Below, one piece after another: positions 1-10,866 of a DNA stretch of 64,000 bases. This stretch comes from Callorhinchus milii (lineage: Eukaryota), in NCBI RefSeq assembly GCF_018977255.1, contig NW_024704742.1:1986001-2050000 (forward strand), written 5' to 3'. The position numbers were made by a program, and so were the translations under genes. How positions within the stretch are numbered: position 1 is the stretch's first letter; each line of letters opens with the position of its first letter. Under the pieces are notes generated by a model that was not told the DNA's origin, did no database searches, and saw nothing but the letters and a program-made list of their open reading frames with translations.

Positions 1-591
1 ATTTTCAGCTCAGACAATGGTGAAGAGGCTAAAAACGCAAATGGAGAGGGAAGGAAGTATAGCATTAAATCCAACAATAAGGAAGGTCCCTGAATTAAAT
101 AGCTGTGACGTGCCTCTCGTCAACCAAGAGTTGGTGAATCCGATACACCGTGGCACAGTTGCAGTACTTTTGCGAAGAAATATGGTGCTAGGATTCTTCT
201 ACAGTGTTCTGCTCTTCTGGACTCCGAAAGAGGTGTAATTGAAAGTTACACATCTTGTTTTTTTTTTTGCAAATCTCACAGAGTACGTGTAAGATGGAAA
301 CCAGACAAGATGAAGCATGTTCAATCATAGCGTAGACTGTTCCAATGCCATTCCAGCTGTTCCAACACGTGCTGGTATTAGGGAGAGAGTACTCTCGTAT
401 ATGGATGTTGGCCGCTGACCTCTTGAATGAAGGGCTGCAGGATTAATTGTACTGTAACCAGAAAAAAGGTGCGAAGATGCAGAGTGAAACATTTAAGATT
501 TGATGTGGCTTCCCCTTGCACCACTTTGCCTTCTACAGTTAAAATTTGGCACTCTTCAAAAACCACCATTATTAAAATCGTCCAATTCAGG

Positions 592-863
592 ATAATAATA
601 AATCATATAATAATCCGTGCATTTGATGTGGCGCCTCATCACATCTCCGAGACGTCTCAAAGCCCTTCATAGAATATACTGTAAAGTGAATTGACTGTGT
701 GGTTTGTGAGTGAAACTTTACATTTACTGTAAAGCGCCCGAACAACTGTGTTTTGTGGGTGAACGTGGCAATCGATCAGTTTGTACACAGCGATGTGGCA
801 TAAACAACCATGAAGTGAATGACCAATTTTATTTTGGGGGGTTTGTTGGGCACAACACTGGGA
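592..863 (-). mobile_element. Deu-domain SINE, 3' part (tail plus Deu block), degenerate and interrupted
   Basis: Reverse complement of the shared tail (ataatccgtgcatttgatgtggcgcc...gacgtctcaaagcccttca) and Deu block (ttttgtgggtgaacgtggc...gaatgaccaatttt). Confidence 0.75.
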
Positions 864-870
864 GCGCCCC

Positions 871-1031
871 GGCGGGGCAAAACCTTGGGCAAGTTTCCTT
901 ACTCCATACGTCCTGATAATAATCCCTCAAGAAAAACAAATGATACAAATATTGGTCACTTCATTCCACGACTGTTTGTGTGGGACGCTGCTGTGCGCAA
1001 TTGGCTGCCGCGTTTCGCCCACAAAATACAC
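871..1031 (+). mobile_element. SINE family A (short form), internal fragment
   Basis: aaaccttgggcaagtttccttactcc...gataataatccctcaag...gctgtgcgcaattggctgccgcgtttcgcccacaaaat, matching the copies at 2691 and 22105. Confidence 0.85.
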
Positions 1032-1308
1032 ATAGCGCCTTTCACGTTGGGAGGACATTTCACAGTATATCACAGGAAACATTGTAAACCGTAGTGACTG
1101 TAACTTGGAGGTGAACGTGGCAGTCCACGTGCGCACAGCCATGTCCCACAAACAGCTGTGAAGTGAATGATTGTCGGGCCGGACTCTGAGAGAGAAACTC
1201 CCTTCTTTTTTTCTTTAACAGACAGGGCCTCAGTTTAACATTTGATCCTAACGGACAGATTTCCAACAAGGCGGCGCCCTCTCCTCCAGCATCCTGCATT
1301 GGAGCTCC
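1032..1308 (-). mobile_element. SINE family B (SacSINE1-like DeuSINE), partial
   Basis: Reverse-strand tail (gcgcctttcacg), Deu block (gcgcacagccatgtcccacaaacagc) and body (gggcctcagtttaacat, ctgcattggag). Confidence 0.75.
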
Positions 1309-1771
1309 ACAAGAAACCATTTGCAAGCGAATTTGATATTGTAAACGCGTTTAAACGCCTCATTATATTATTTGAACAAGTTCTGGGCGTGCTGAAAATT
1401 GTTCCTCTGACTCCCCTTCCCCCCTTCCTCCACCCGTATCCTCTCAAAGCAAAGAGAGAGGTTTTCCCCTCGTATTTTTTTCTCTCTCTCTCAATGAAAA
1501 AAACGTTCATGTCTATCTGACTGCGGAATGCTTTTAAGTGCTGGGCCAATAGGGGAAATGGAATTTTTTTTTTTTGGGTGGGGGAGTGTTCACTGTTTAA
1601 TTCCTGCCAGAGTTGTTCCATGGACATAATGCTCGTGCCAGCCAGGGCGAGGAAATCAAACCGCAGGGACCGGTGGAGACTGTGCGGGCAGCCGAGCGGC
1701 AAAGTAGGTTATACACACAGTGAACCATCCGGGAAGGAGCTGCGAAATGGGATCATTTGAAATGTACTTAC

Positions 1772-1860
1772 TGAAGACTGCCCAGTGTGGTGCGGAAAGC
1801 CAATTCTCCTCAGAGCAGCAGCTGCTCTCCAGAAAGGAGACGGCTCGCAATGCGGTAGAG
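1772..1860 (-). other. Candidate 89-nt internal exon of an unidentified minus-strand transcript
   Basis: Minus strand shows branch point CACTAAC (~1905-1911), pyrimidine tract tgttttattgcctctgctcctttcc, acceptor AAG (AG at 1862-1861) and donor CA|GTAAGT (GT at 1771-1770). Flanks are TE-free. Confidence 0.4.
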
Positions 1861-2690
1861 CTTTTGCCGGAAAGGAGCAGAGGCAATAAAACAGTCCTAC
1901 TCGTGTTAGTGATGTGTTTAATAAGTTGTGAACGGTGCAGCTCTGTGCGTTTGAGGATAGAGCAGGGACACAGCCAGGCGTTTGCTACAACTGATCAATT
2001 TAGCTTCTGGAGGCCATTGTGAATAGCTTATTTTCTTGATGAAATCTCGAAAGCCAGCCGCTTCTGTCAAATGCATTGAATATCTATAGGCTCCTCTGGC
2101 GTTCGGATTTATTTCGCCCACAAAACACGCAGTCTCTACAGACCGTGAGCGCTTGTGTGTCCAAACCTCATCCTTTCCTCTATTCATTTAACCTTCCAGG
2201 GTAAAGCTTCACGGAGGCAAGTCTCCACTCACTCCTCAGAGACGACTGTTAGTTTTTGTCGTACGTTGTTCCTTCTCCTAAGTCACGTAATCGGTGTAAA
2301 TGGACTTGCTTCACCTCTCCAGCCTCCCCGTCCCCCCAACCCCTCCGCCACACACGACTTCCCCAACCTGGGCAAACGATTAGCCTTTCTACTGATGGAA
2401 TTCTGTAGCTCTCTACACACTACCAAGACATGTCACACTACTGGCTGCTACAGTGTAAATACAAACAGTTTTTTTTTAATGCCAGAGAGAGCCGGTTGCA
2501 CTCCCAGCTTTCAAGTAGCGGGAGTGCGGAGTTTTCTCTTTTTTTCAGGCAAGACAAGTTTGGGAACGGCAACGTAAACCTGGTGTGTAGCTCCAGATCG
2601 TTCAATCGTAAAGCATTGTGACCGGGACTTGAGCAAAGCAAGATTCGGCTTTGGAAGTTGGACTGTCTTTCTCCAAACGTAAATTCACAA

Positions 2691-3019
2691 ATAATAATAA
2701 TAATAATAATAATAATCCTTGCATTTGATATAGCGCTTTTCACGTCGGGAGGACGTCCCAAAGCGCTTCACAGAACACACTGTAAAGTAAATTGACTGTA
2801 TATTTGTGGGCGAACGCGGCAGCCAATTGCGCACAGCAATGTCCCACAAACAGTCATGGATTGAAAATGACCAATTTTATTATGGTTTTTGGTTTTGGAG
2901 GGATTATTATTATTAGGCTCTGTGTGGAGTAAGGAAACTTGCCCGAGGTTTCGCCCTCTGCCGGGAATTGAACTCAGGTCTCTAGCTTGCAAAGCGAGTG
3001 CTCAACCACTGAGCTACAG
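2691..3019 (-). mobile_element. SINE family A (short form), near full length, young
   Basis: tRNA-Ala-like head with A/B boxes (rc ctgtagctcagtggttgagc...gagttcaattccc), Deu block, L2-type tail and a clean (ATT)n end. Confidence 0.92.
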
Positions 3020-3317
3020 TTAAGCCACGCTTAACTTAAATAGTTAAGCAAATGTGTGGGAAATGTAATGCCTACAGGCAATATATTTGACTCTCCAGTA
3101 TACATTTTGACTTGTGGTATTTCCTAGTTGTTTGCAATTGCTGCTGTAATTAAACCAGAGACGTTACCCAGGCTGAGTTGGATTCGGCTGTCAAGAAAGG
3201 TTGAACAAGTTGCGGTCTTTCTCTCTGGACATGAAACAAGTGAAGGGACATTTAACGTTATGATAGGATTCAGAGTGTGGACATCAATAGGCAGTTTTAA
3301 TTCGTTGGTGAGTGCAA

Positions 3318-3590
3318 AACAAGGGGTGTGAGGTGTAAATATGATAAAGGTCATAGCAGATCGAAAATAGAGTTTCGAATGTACTTCTCTCGGCAAAGGG
3401 ATTGTGAGAATGTGGAACTCCCTGCCAAGAGCTCTGGTTAAAGCACGAAGCCATCAGCGCATTTATTTTAAGAGGAAACGTGAAGGAGAAGAGAGTTATC
3501 GGAGAAGTGAATGGGAAACAAAGATGCTCTTGGGGAGCATAAACACTTATAGACGAGTTGGGCTGAACGGATTGTTTCTGAGTTGTAAAA
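3318..3590 (+). mobile_element. CR1-clade LINE 3' end, degenerate
   Basis: ttgtgagaatgtggaactccctgcca (the VRMWNSLP motif of the CR1 ORF2 C-terminus) followed by a 3'UTR-like gagttgggctgaacggattgtttctg. Confidence 0.7.
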
Positions 3591-4544
3591 ACAGATGGAT
3601 GGGCAGTGTCAGTTGAAAAATGGTCCTTTTAAGCCACTGCTAGGAAAAAGGAGCAGTTTTTTTTTTTAAAAATGACATTGAAAGTGTAGAGCAAAGTGTG
3701 CAGCCAACAGAAGTTACATGAGAGCCAAATTATGAGGCGACATTTATGTGGTTCGTAAAAGAAACAAATTTTTTCCAGCGTGAAGCACCATTTACACTGC
3801 TATTTTCCTGGCAAATGCCTTTTCAATCCCAGAGTGAAACCTTCGTATCAATAGCAAAGTTTATGCAACAGCTCTATTCTGTTGTTCCAGCAGACACAAG
3901 AAATTTGGGATTTTCAACCAAATATTGTCCATCGGTTCGCAAAGGGTTGGATAAGTACCATACCATCGTGCCGATGGGTCAATGAGAAAACTGTCCTGCG
4001 CTCACGAAATTAATCCGCGAGAACGTGTGGTGAAGGCGTCCGATGTATTTTAAAATACGGGTGAATCAGCCGGTGGGTGGTCCCGTGGAAAACTGAATCA
4101 ATTAGTCGCCTTTAAACTGATATAAACAGAAGCCTCGAAAAAGTGGTGGTTCACAGCAGTATTCACCTATACTAATCCTGGAACACGAACTGGGAAATCC
4201 TGCCGCTAACCAGAGTTTGTGACAGTGCGCTCCTGAGACCTCGGCTCGGAAGTGAAAGACACAGCTTGCTGAAATGTACATCATGTACAGGTACGTCAGT
4301 ACACGATTTACTATTGCTATTTGTTCCAATGAATGGGCCTGGCTTTTAATAGCTTGTGGCGTCTATGTGCCTACTTCACAAGAAGCATTAGCTGAATTTT
4401 AAACGGCCTCTCGGGTGAATGCAGTACTTTAAATTGCCCGTGTTGACATTGGCTACATTCAACGTCCAGGCTCCACTACCCAAACTGCTCGCTTGTCGAC
4501 CTCCCCAACTCCGCCCTCCATAGGCTGCGGATCATCCACAGAGC

Positions 4545-5026
4545 TCTGCAGCCCCCATGTCCTCTCCCGCGCCAGGCTCCGTGACCCTATCACCCCCGTC
4601 CTCGCCCGACTCCACCGGCTTCCCATCACACAGAGGATACAGTTCAAGATCCTGGTCCTCACCTTCAAAGTCCTCCATGGCCTTGCTCCTCCTTACCTCT
4701 ACGACCTCTTAACCTCCTACCATCCTGCCCGCTCCCTCCGCTCAACAGGCTACGGCCTGCTTCACATCCCCCGCCTTACCCGCCCCATGTTCTGCCACTC
4801 TGCCACCACCCTCTGGATCTCCATCCCACAGTCCCTCCCCCTCGCCTTCTTCAAGACCCTCCTCTTCGACCGTGCCTTCGGTCACCCTCCTACCCCTACC
4901 CTCCCCGCCCTCCAGCCCTCATGATCCCAACCACCAGCTCGGGTGCGGATCCCTGACTGTTGAGCGCCTTGTGAAGTCGTCCTGGCATAAAAGGCCCTGT
5001 AGAAATGTGAGTTGTTGTTTTTGTTT
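4545..5026 (+). mobile_element. L2-clade LINE 3' end (ORF2 C-terminus, 3'UTR and (GTT)n tail)
   Basis: ORF 4493-4924 contains DPITPVLARLHRLPITQRIQFKILVLTFKVLHGLAPPYL, a typical L2 ORF2 C-terminal motif; tail gagcgccttg...gaaatgtgagttgttg. Confidence 0.9.
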
Positions 5027-5364
5027 TGCCTGTATCCTTTGTGGGTGAAACAAGGCAGCCAACCGCGCACAGCAGTGTCCCACAACCAGCCATGGAGTGA
5101 GTGACCACATTTTTTATTTGGGGGAATTGTTGGCCAAGACACTCCTTTAGAAACGCCCTTCTCTTTTCGAATAATGCTTTAAACATCGACCTGAGCAGGC
5201 GGACGAGACATCGGTTTTAATGCCTCATTCGAAGGATGGCACCTCCGAGTGTGCAACACCCCCCTCCCCCCAGCACTGCACTGCAACAAAGTCTCAGCTT
5301 AGACTGTGTGATTCCAAGTGGATTCCACAACCTTCTGACTCAGAGGTGAGAGTGCCACCACTGA
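5027..5364 (-). mobile_element. SINE family B, head to Deu block (tail absent)
   Basis: Head rc (ccttctgactcagaggtgagagtgccaccactga), body and Deu block ggcagccaaccgcgcacagcagtgtcccaca. Confidence 0.85.
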
Positions 5365-6385
5365 TCCTTGCTGACACACAGTGGTAAGTATTTTTCAACT
5401 GGCGGAACGGAAGCCTTGCTTGTAGATCCTGGAAACCTTGAGCTTCTCATGGGAGGAACCTTAAACGATGATCCGAAGAGTAAAATTATCTGACTGAGGA
5501 AGAATTGAGCACTGATGTGAAGAAGCGAAGGTTGTGAAACTGAGTAAGAAACCTTGAGCACTAATCTGAGGAGCCTGTCTTATCTGAGCTGGGGAAATCT
5601 TCAGTATCGATCTGAGGACAAAGGGAAAAAATCTAATTCTTAAACGTCTCACGTATTGGTCACACAATAATGTTCGGTTTGACTGGGAATCATTCCGCAT
5701 TGATTTTCAGAGTCTGTAGCGTCCAACAGGGGACACTTTGAAGCACTGTCTGCGTGTTCGGAGTTGAAGGGACAGCATTTGGTATTGATATGTGAAGTCT
5801 TGATTGTTGGTCCAACTCGTCCAATGGAGAAACAATGGAACATTGATCCCAGAAGCCTTTGGATGGTGATCAAAAGACTTTAGATACACTTGAGTGTAGC
5901 TCCTTTGAGCATCAATCCAAGAATCCTTTAATTTAATGCCAATCCGTTTTGTAATGTTCCTGGTGACAAGTAGCCTTAAGAGATCTGCAAAGGAATCTTT
6001 GAGTTTGAGAGTCAAAAGTCCCCTTTGTAGTGGCGGCAAGAAACCCCGATATGTACAGTAGCCATTCGGAGCTGTTTGATTGTGAAACCACCTCCTGGTG
6101 TGACCTGGAAAGCTCGATGTGTTCTTTTTTAAATACATGCAGGCGCGGGATAAGACTCTGTCAACAACACAGCAGAAGTTTGTCTTTCCCATTCCGTCCG
6201 TCACTTCGATTTTTCACTTCGCTATTCTTGCCGAAGGCAAAACCGTCGAGTGTTTACCTTTATGTAAAAATTCAAAGCAGAAGCCTTTTTGAACAGCGCT
6301 TCCATTCTACGTGGAAGCTGCTGTGGCACTGGTTAGGGAGATGATCGAATATGAATCAGATTACATGCACTTAGTTGAGGCTGCA

Positions 6386-6632
6386 TTATCAGAGGTGTTG
6401 TCCGCCTGCCCAGGTGACTGCAAAGTTCCCCTGACGCTTTAAGTAAAGAAGCCTATTTCTCCTGGTGTCCGAGCCAATGACCGTCTGGGTCAATTTGTCA
6501 TTCATCCCATGGCTCGCTCGGTGGGGCTTTGCTGCCTGAAGAGCCCTTCTTATTGCAGTTACTCTCATTGCTCGTGAAACAGTTTAAGCTGTTTAGATGT
6601 GATAAGGTGCTTTGGAAAAACAAACGCAAGCT
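6386..6632 (+). mobile_element. SINE family B, highly degenerate
   Basis: gcctgcccaggtga, ttctcctggtgtccgagccaat, gtcattcatcccatggct and gtgataaggtgct occur in consensus order. Confidence 0.5.
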
Positions 6633-6904
6633 TTTCAAATTCAGTACTGATAGTTTCCAAACTTACGCCACACAGCGCGTCTGCTCACATTATGAATCAA
6701 ACGTTAGAATCTTTGATGTGTTTGTGTGATTAATTCAGGGAATGGTGTGCAGTTCAAACAGACTGTTTCTATAGAGCAGCAGGATTGAAAATCATTGTCA
6801 TAAAAAACTCAGCATGGACTTGTTTTTTGTTCTGACAGTACTCAAATTTGACTGCTGTTGTGATCTTTTCCCTGGTGCTTTTTATTCCTCTGGTCAGTAC
6901 TTTA

Positions 6905-6908
<4 letters not shown>

Positions 6909-6945
<37 letters not shown>
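6909..6945. repeat. (TC)n microsatellite
   Basis: About 18 perfect TC units. Confidence 0.97.
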
Positions 6946-6948
<3 letters not shown>

Positions 6949-7296
6949 AGGCATAACCGTGATACATGTTTCCTCGTGTGAAGTACACGTTCAACTGACT
7001 TACGCTGTGTAAAAACCGACCTCTGCCAATGTCAGACTCATTTAACTAATGAAACTGCGATCGATCCATATTTTATCAGGACACAGCATAAAGCCAAAAA
7101 TTAAAGGTAATGAAGGTACGCACCGTGAGGCTTGTAAAATGAAAAGTAGAGCTCCTGTTTTATTTGTGTCTCTGTCTCTATGGATTATATTTCATCATTC
7201 CTTTAGTTGTGTATCAGTGCTGTTTCTCAATGTCTCCCTCAGTATATAAGGGAGTGTATCCCTTAACATACTAAAATGTGCCATTCGCAAGCAATA

Positions 7297-7753
7297 AACA
7301 ACTTGTATTTATATAACGGCCTTCATGTAGGGTAATGTACCTTAGATGACTTTGCCAGGAGCAAGTCGGGTACCGAGCAAAGGAAAATGGGAGAGGTAGA
7401 GGGGGCAAATGGGGAGGTGGACCATGGACACGGTCAAAGAAGGCAAGACTTACAGATAGATAGTGATGGGGTAAGATGGAGAGGTAGATCCAGAGATTAG
7501 GAGATAGGATATGAAGGCTTGGCTATCAATGGTGGAGCAGAGAGGTTGGTGGCCTTCTCTGCAACCACCATCAATAGCCAAGTTTACCTCGTGGTTGAGG
7601 GTGATCAGAGGAGTGGGGCAGAAGATCAAAGAGATGGTCCTTGGGTGTGGAGGGACTTAGGTAGGTGAGGGTAAGGACCTTGAAATCACTCTACTGGAAG
7701 ACAGAGATCCAGTGGAATTTGTGAGGAATTTGTGAGGACTAAGGTGATGTGCG
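7297..7753 (-). mobile_element. L2 LINE 3' region, degenerate
   Basis: aacaacttgtatttatata tail (rc), acggtcaaag, and gtgagggtaaggaccttgaaatc...ccagtggaa...aggtgatgtgcg (rc of the HIT..L..HWL....DFKVLTLT segment). Confidence 0.75.
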
Positions 7754-8299
7754 TATGGAGAGTTTTAAGCTCTCTGAGACACAACCCCACGTGAAGGGCA
7801 CTATATGAATGCAAATGCAGGTGTTATAAAGGTTAGTTGTTGGTGGTGTGGGTGAGGATCAATGCCGGGGGGAATTTTGGGTGAGTTGAAGCTAAGCAGT
7901 CACTGCAGACATTGGTTTGAGTCCGAAATTGTGCAGTTCACTAACAAATTTACTTAGATAGAAATGAACAAGTCGCAATCTTTGTAGACAGCGTTGTTAC
8001 CTTCCATCATTTTATCAGCTGTTCTGAGCCATTCATTTCTCAGCTGATAACGTGTCAGGATGCAAAGTGCAGACCTCAAAATAGCTCTGTCGACACTATG
8101 GGTCCTGGTTTATTTTAGAAAACCTCACAATTTCAGTCGCAACATTTCACATTTCGCAACTTCTGGTTTGTGAACGTTGTATTTCAGGCCCCACTATCTA
8201 CCTTAACGGTTGGAGTTCAGTCTATTTGCAACAGGGGTTGTATTCAGAAAGTGCTCGCTGGAAGAGGCAGGTCCAGACTCCTGGAACCTGATTTAACAT

Positions 8300-8434
8300 G
8301 TTCAAAGGGGCTGAAGATCAGAGAGATGTTCCTGGGGTGTGGAGGGACTTGGGTAGGTGAGGGTAAGGACCTTGAAATCAATCCACTGGCAGTCAGAGAG
8401 CCAGTGGACTTTGTGAGGAGCGTGGTGATGTGCG
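8300..8434 (-). mobile_element. L2 ORF2 fragment
   Basis: ORF 8244-8516(-) has THITTLLTK; gtaggtgagggtaaggaccttgaaatca is shared with the ~7660-7688 segment. Confidence 0.75.
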
Positions 8435-9649
8435 TATGAGAGGAGGAGAAGAAAGGAGAGTGAAAACTATGGAAGGAAATGAACATGAGTTCATGGATAG
8501 ACACACGTGGTATCACTGTTGCTGCTGCATCTTTGATATTGGGTGTAAGAGGAAGACTCAGAAATGGTTTAACTGTTGCGGCTCTGCGGCAAATAAAGAA
8601 GTCAGATCGAGAGGGGGGACCTGACAGAGACAGAGAGCAGATCTGACTGTTTTGTGCCCTGCATTACTAACAAAAAAACTACTGTTTTGTGAGATTGTTG
8701 AGATATCTCCGCCCTTGTTTCGTGAAGCCCGAAGAGCGATTTCCCGATGTGTTGTTGCCAGCCGGGGTTAGTTTGAGCATGGTCATTCTGTGCCTGTGAA
8801 ATCAGTAAATATTTGCGCGGAAGGAGCAAAGCCTGTTGTAGCTGAAATTGGTCATGCACACGAAAGAGGCTGCTGAGGGCATTTGATATAGATAAGCCGG
8901 ACAATTGGAAACTCATGACATTCAACATCACATATGTTTGCAGCACTCCCAGACGTCCAGTGTTGATAACCCTGTCCCCCAAAGACAGAGCAATTCAGTT
9001 GGTTACAATTCATACAACCCCACACATGAAGGACAGAAACAGAGGAAACTTAAGACACGCACAGGAGAACCATTATCATACCATCCTATGAAGCCTTCCT
9101 TCGTATCCCTATATTGTAAACCTGTGTTAAAATGGAAGCCTAAAGAAATAGCTGAAGTAATTTGCCTTCAAGCTCACAAACTTTCCGTCCGTAGGAATGA
9201 AATGCCTATTATTTGGCATGGTTACATGTTAGCTACCGTTTAAAGGTTTCACCACGTACATATCGCCTCCACTAATGCAAAATTGATCATTCTTCCAGAA
9301 AATAAAAAGCTTTTTCTTCGTGCTTTCGCTCAAGAGCAGTGTCACCATACGTTTAGGTAAAGAGGATCCTGTGTAGCCAGAGGCCAGTTACAAGAAATGT
9401 TTTCACAAAGAATGATTACATAACTGCTCGTGAATAATGGCTACCTGTGAGTTAGAATAAGAAAAAAAGGGAGAACTTGCGTTTTTAAGAGTGCTTCTTA
9501 AAAGCACTTCACAAGAAACTCCTGGCAAATGTAGTGACTGTTTTTTTTGGTGAGGAAACACGGTATCTACTTGCGCTGAGAGCCTTGAGGGGAATGACAA
9601 TTGATGATCGAGACAGTGAGAGAAACTCCTGTCTCTCCTTTTGGAATCG

Positions 9650-9950
9650 TGTTCAAGTATCTTTACATAGTCTAAGCCGACACTCCAATGCAGTGCTGGT
9701 AGGTAGGGTGGGCGGGTTGGTGGGGGGTGTGCTTGGGGGGTTGCATTTGTCGGAGGTTCAGTCTTTCGGATGAGGTGTTAAACCAAGGTCCCGTCTGCCT
9801 GTTCAGGTGGATGGTAAAGATCCCATGTCACTGTTTGAAAAAAGAAAAGAGTTTCACCCGGTGTCCTGGTCGACAATCCCCCAATTTTTTAAACAAATTC
9901 ATAGATCTGACACCAACTCTGCTGCCGTATTTGCCTACAAAACACACAGG
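9650..9950 (+). mobile_element. SINE family B, partial
   Basis: gacactccaatgcagtgctg...gtctttcggatgaggtgttaaaccaaggtcccgtctgcctgttcaggtggatggtaaagatcccatg. Confidence 0.85.
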
Positions 9951-10017
9951 AGATAGGTAGCCTGGAGATCCTGCAGAAAAAAACCTAGCAGAGAAGTGAC
10001 ATATCACCATAGGAAAC

Positions 10018-10135
10018 CAACAACAACTTGCATTTAAAGAGCGCTCTTCACGTGAGGTTGTGTCTTGGAGCGCTGAACCTGCAGTCAGTTCTACGCATAG
10101 CTGAGGAGTGATGGACGGAAGGTGACCGAAGAGGG
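10018..10135 (-). mobile_element. L2 3' tail fragment
   Basis: caacaacaacttgcatttaaagagcgctcttcacgtg ... gaaggtgaccgaag. Confidence 0.7.
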
Positions 10136-10261
10136 AGAAATAGATTCCTTCACAATTAGTTTAGTCTAAACTCTAGGTACAAAGACGCCCAAACGTTAAA
10201 CGTGGCAGATTTATGTTACCCAACAGTAATGTTTAATGTTGTTTCCATTTCCTTGTTGTTT

Positions 10262-10439
10262 CTCTTTGACCGTGCCTTCAGCTCCCCTCTCCACTCTCTA
10301 CCCCCTCCTCACTCCCTCCCTTCCCTCCCCTCACCCTGACCATTTCCCCACTGCTTGGGTCCTGACCCAACTGTACAGCGCCTTGGGCCGTCCTCCCGAC
10401 GTGAAAGGCGCTCTATAGATGGAATCTTGTTGTTGTTGT
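10262..10439 (+). mobile_element. L2 3'UTR and tail
   Basis: ctctttgaccgtgccttc, a C-rich UTR, then agcgccttgggccgtcctcccgacgtgaaaggcgctctatag and (GTT)n. Confidence 0.85.
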
Positions 10440-10466
10440 ATTGATTTAACAGGGTAACTGCATTGT

Positions 10467-10866
10467 GGAGTCCTGTAGGTCAGTGGTTAGAACACTCGCC
10501 TCGCAAGCGAGAGGACCTGGGTTTGATTCCCGGGCGGGTAGGGCGAAACGTTGAGCAAGTCTCCTTGCTCCTCGCGCCCCCTGTTTATCCAGCAGGAAGT
10601 AGGAACCCGGTTGTTAGTCGATTGGCGGATCGATCGCTTTTCCGGGAGGTAATAACTCCTACAAAAAAATTGGTCGCTCAATCCACGACTGTTTGCGGTG
10701 ACGCTGCTGTGCGCAATTGGCTGCCGCGTTTCGCCCACAAAATATGCAGTCAATTCGCTTTACAGTAAGTCAGTGAAGTTACTCGCGAATTTGTGAAGCG
10801 CTTTGAGACGTCTTGAAGAGGTGATAAGGTCCTATATCAAATGCAAGGATTATTATTATTATTATT
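10467..10866 (+). mobile_element. SINE family A (long form), full length
   Basis: ggagtcctgtaggtcagtggttag tRNA head; CORE-like block ctgtttatccagcaggaagtaggaacccgg; Deu block; tail atcaaatgcaaggattattatt. Confidence 0.92.

Noticed and set aside
4493..4924. 143-aa ORF as a host gene
   Set aside because: It is a decayed L2 ORF2 C-terminus with deletions.
5430..5620. Possible C/D-box snoRNA (several CTGA motifs, CGATGA)
   Set aside because: No canonical RTGATGA C box with a terminal stem; it looks like a degenerate short duplication (ttgagcact..t.tga).
5707..6204. Longest ORF (165 aa, minus strand)
   Set aside because: No recognisable domain, no convincing splice signals, and a length compatible with chance.
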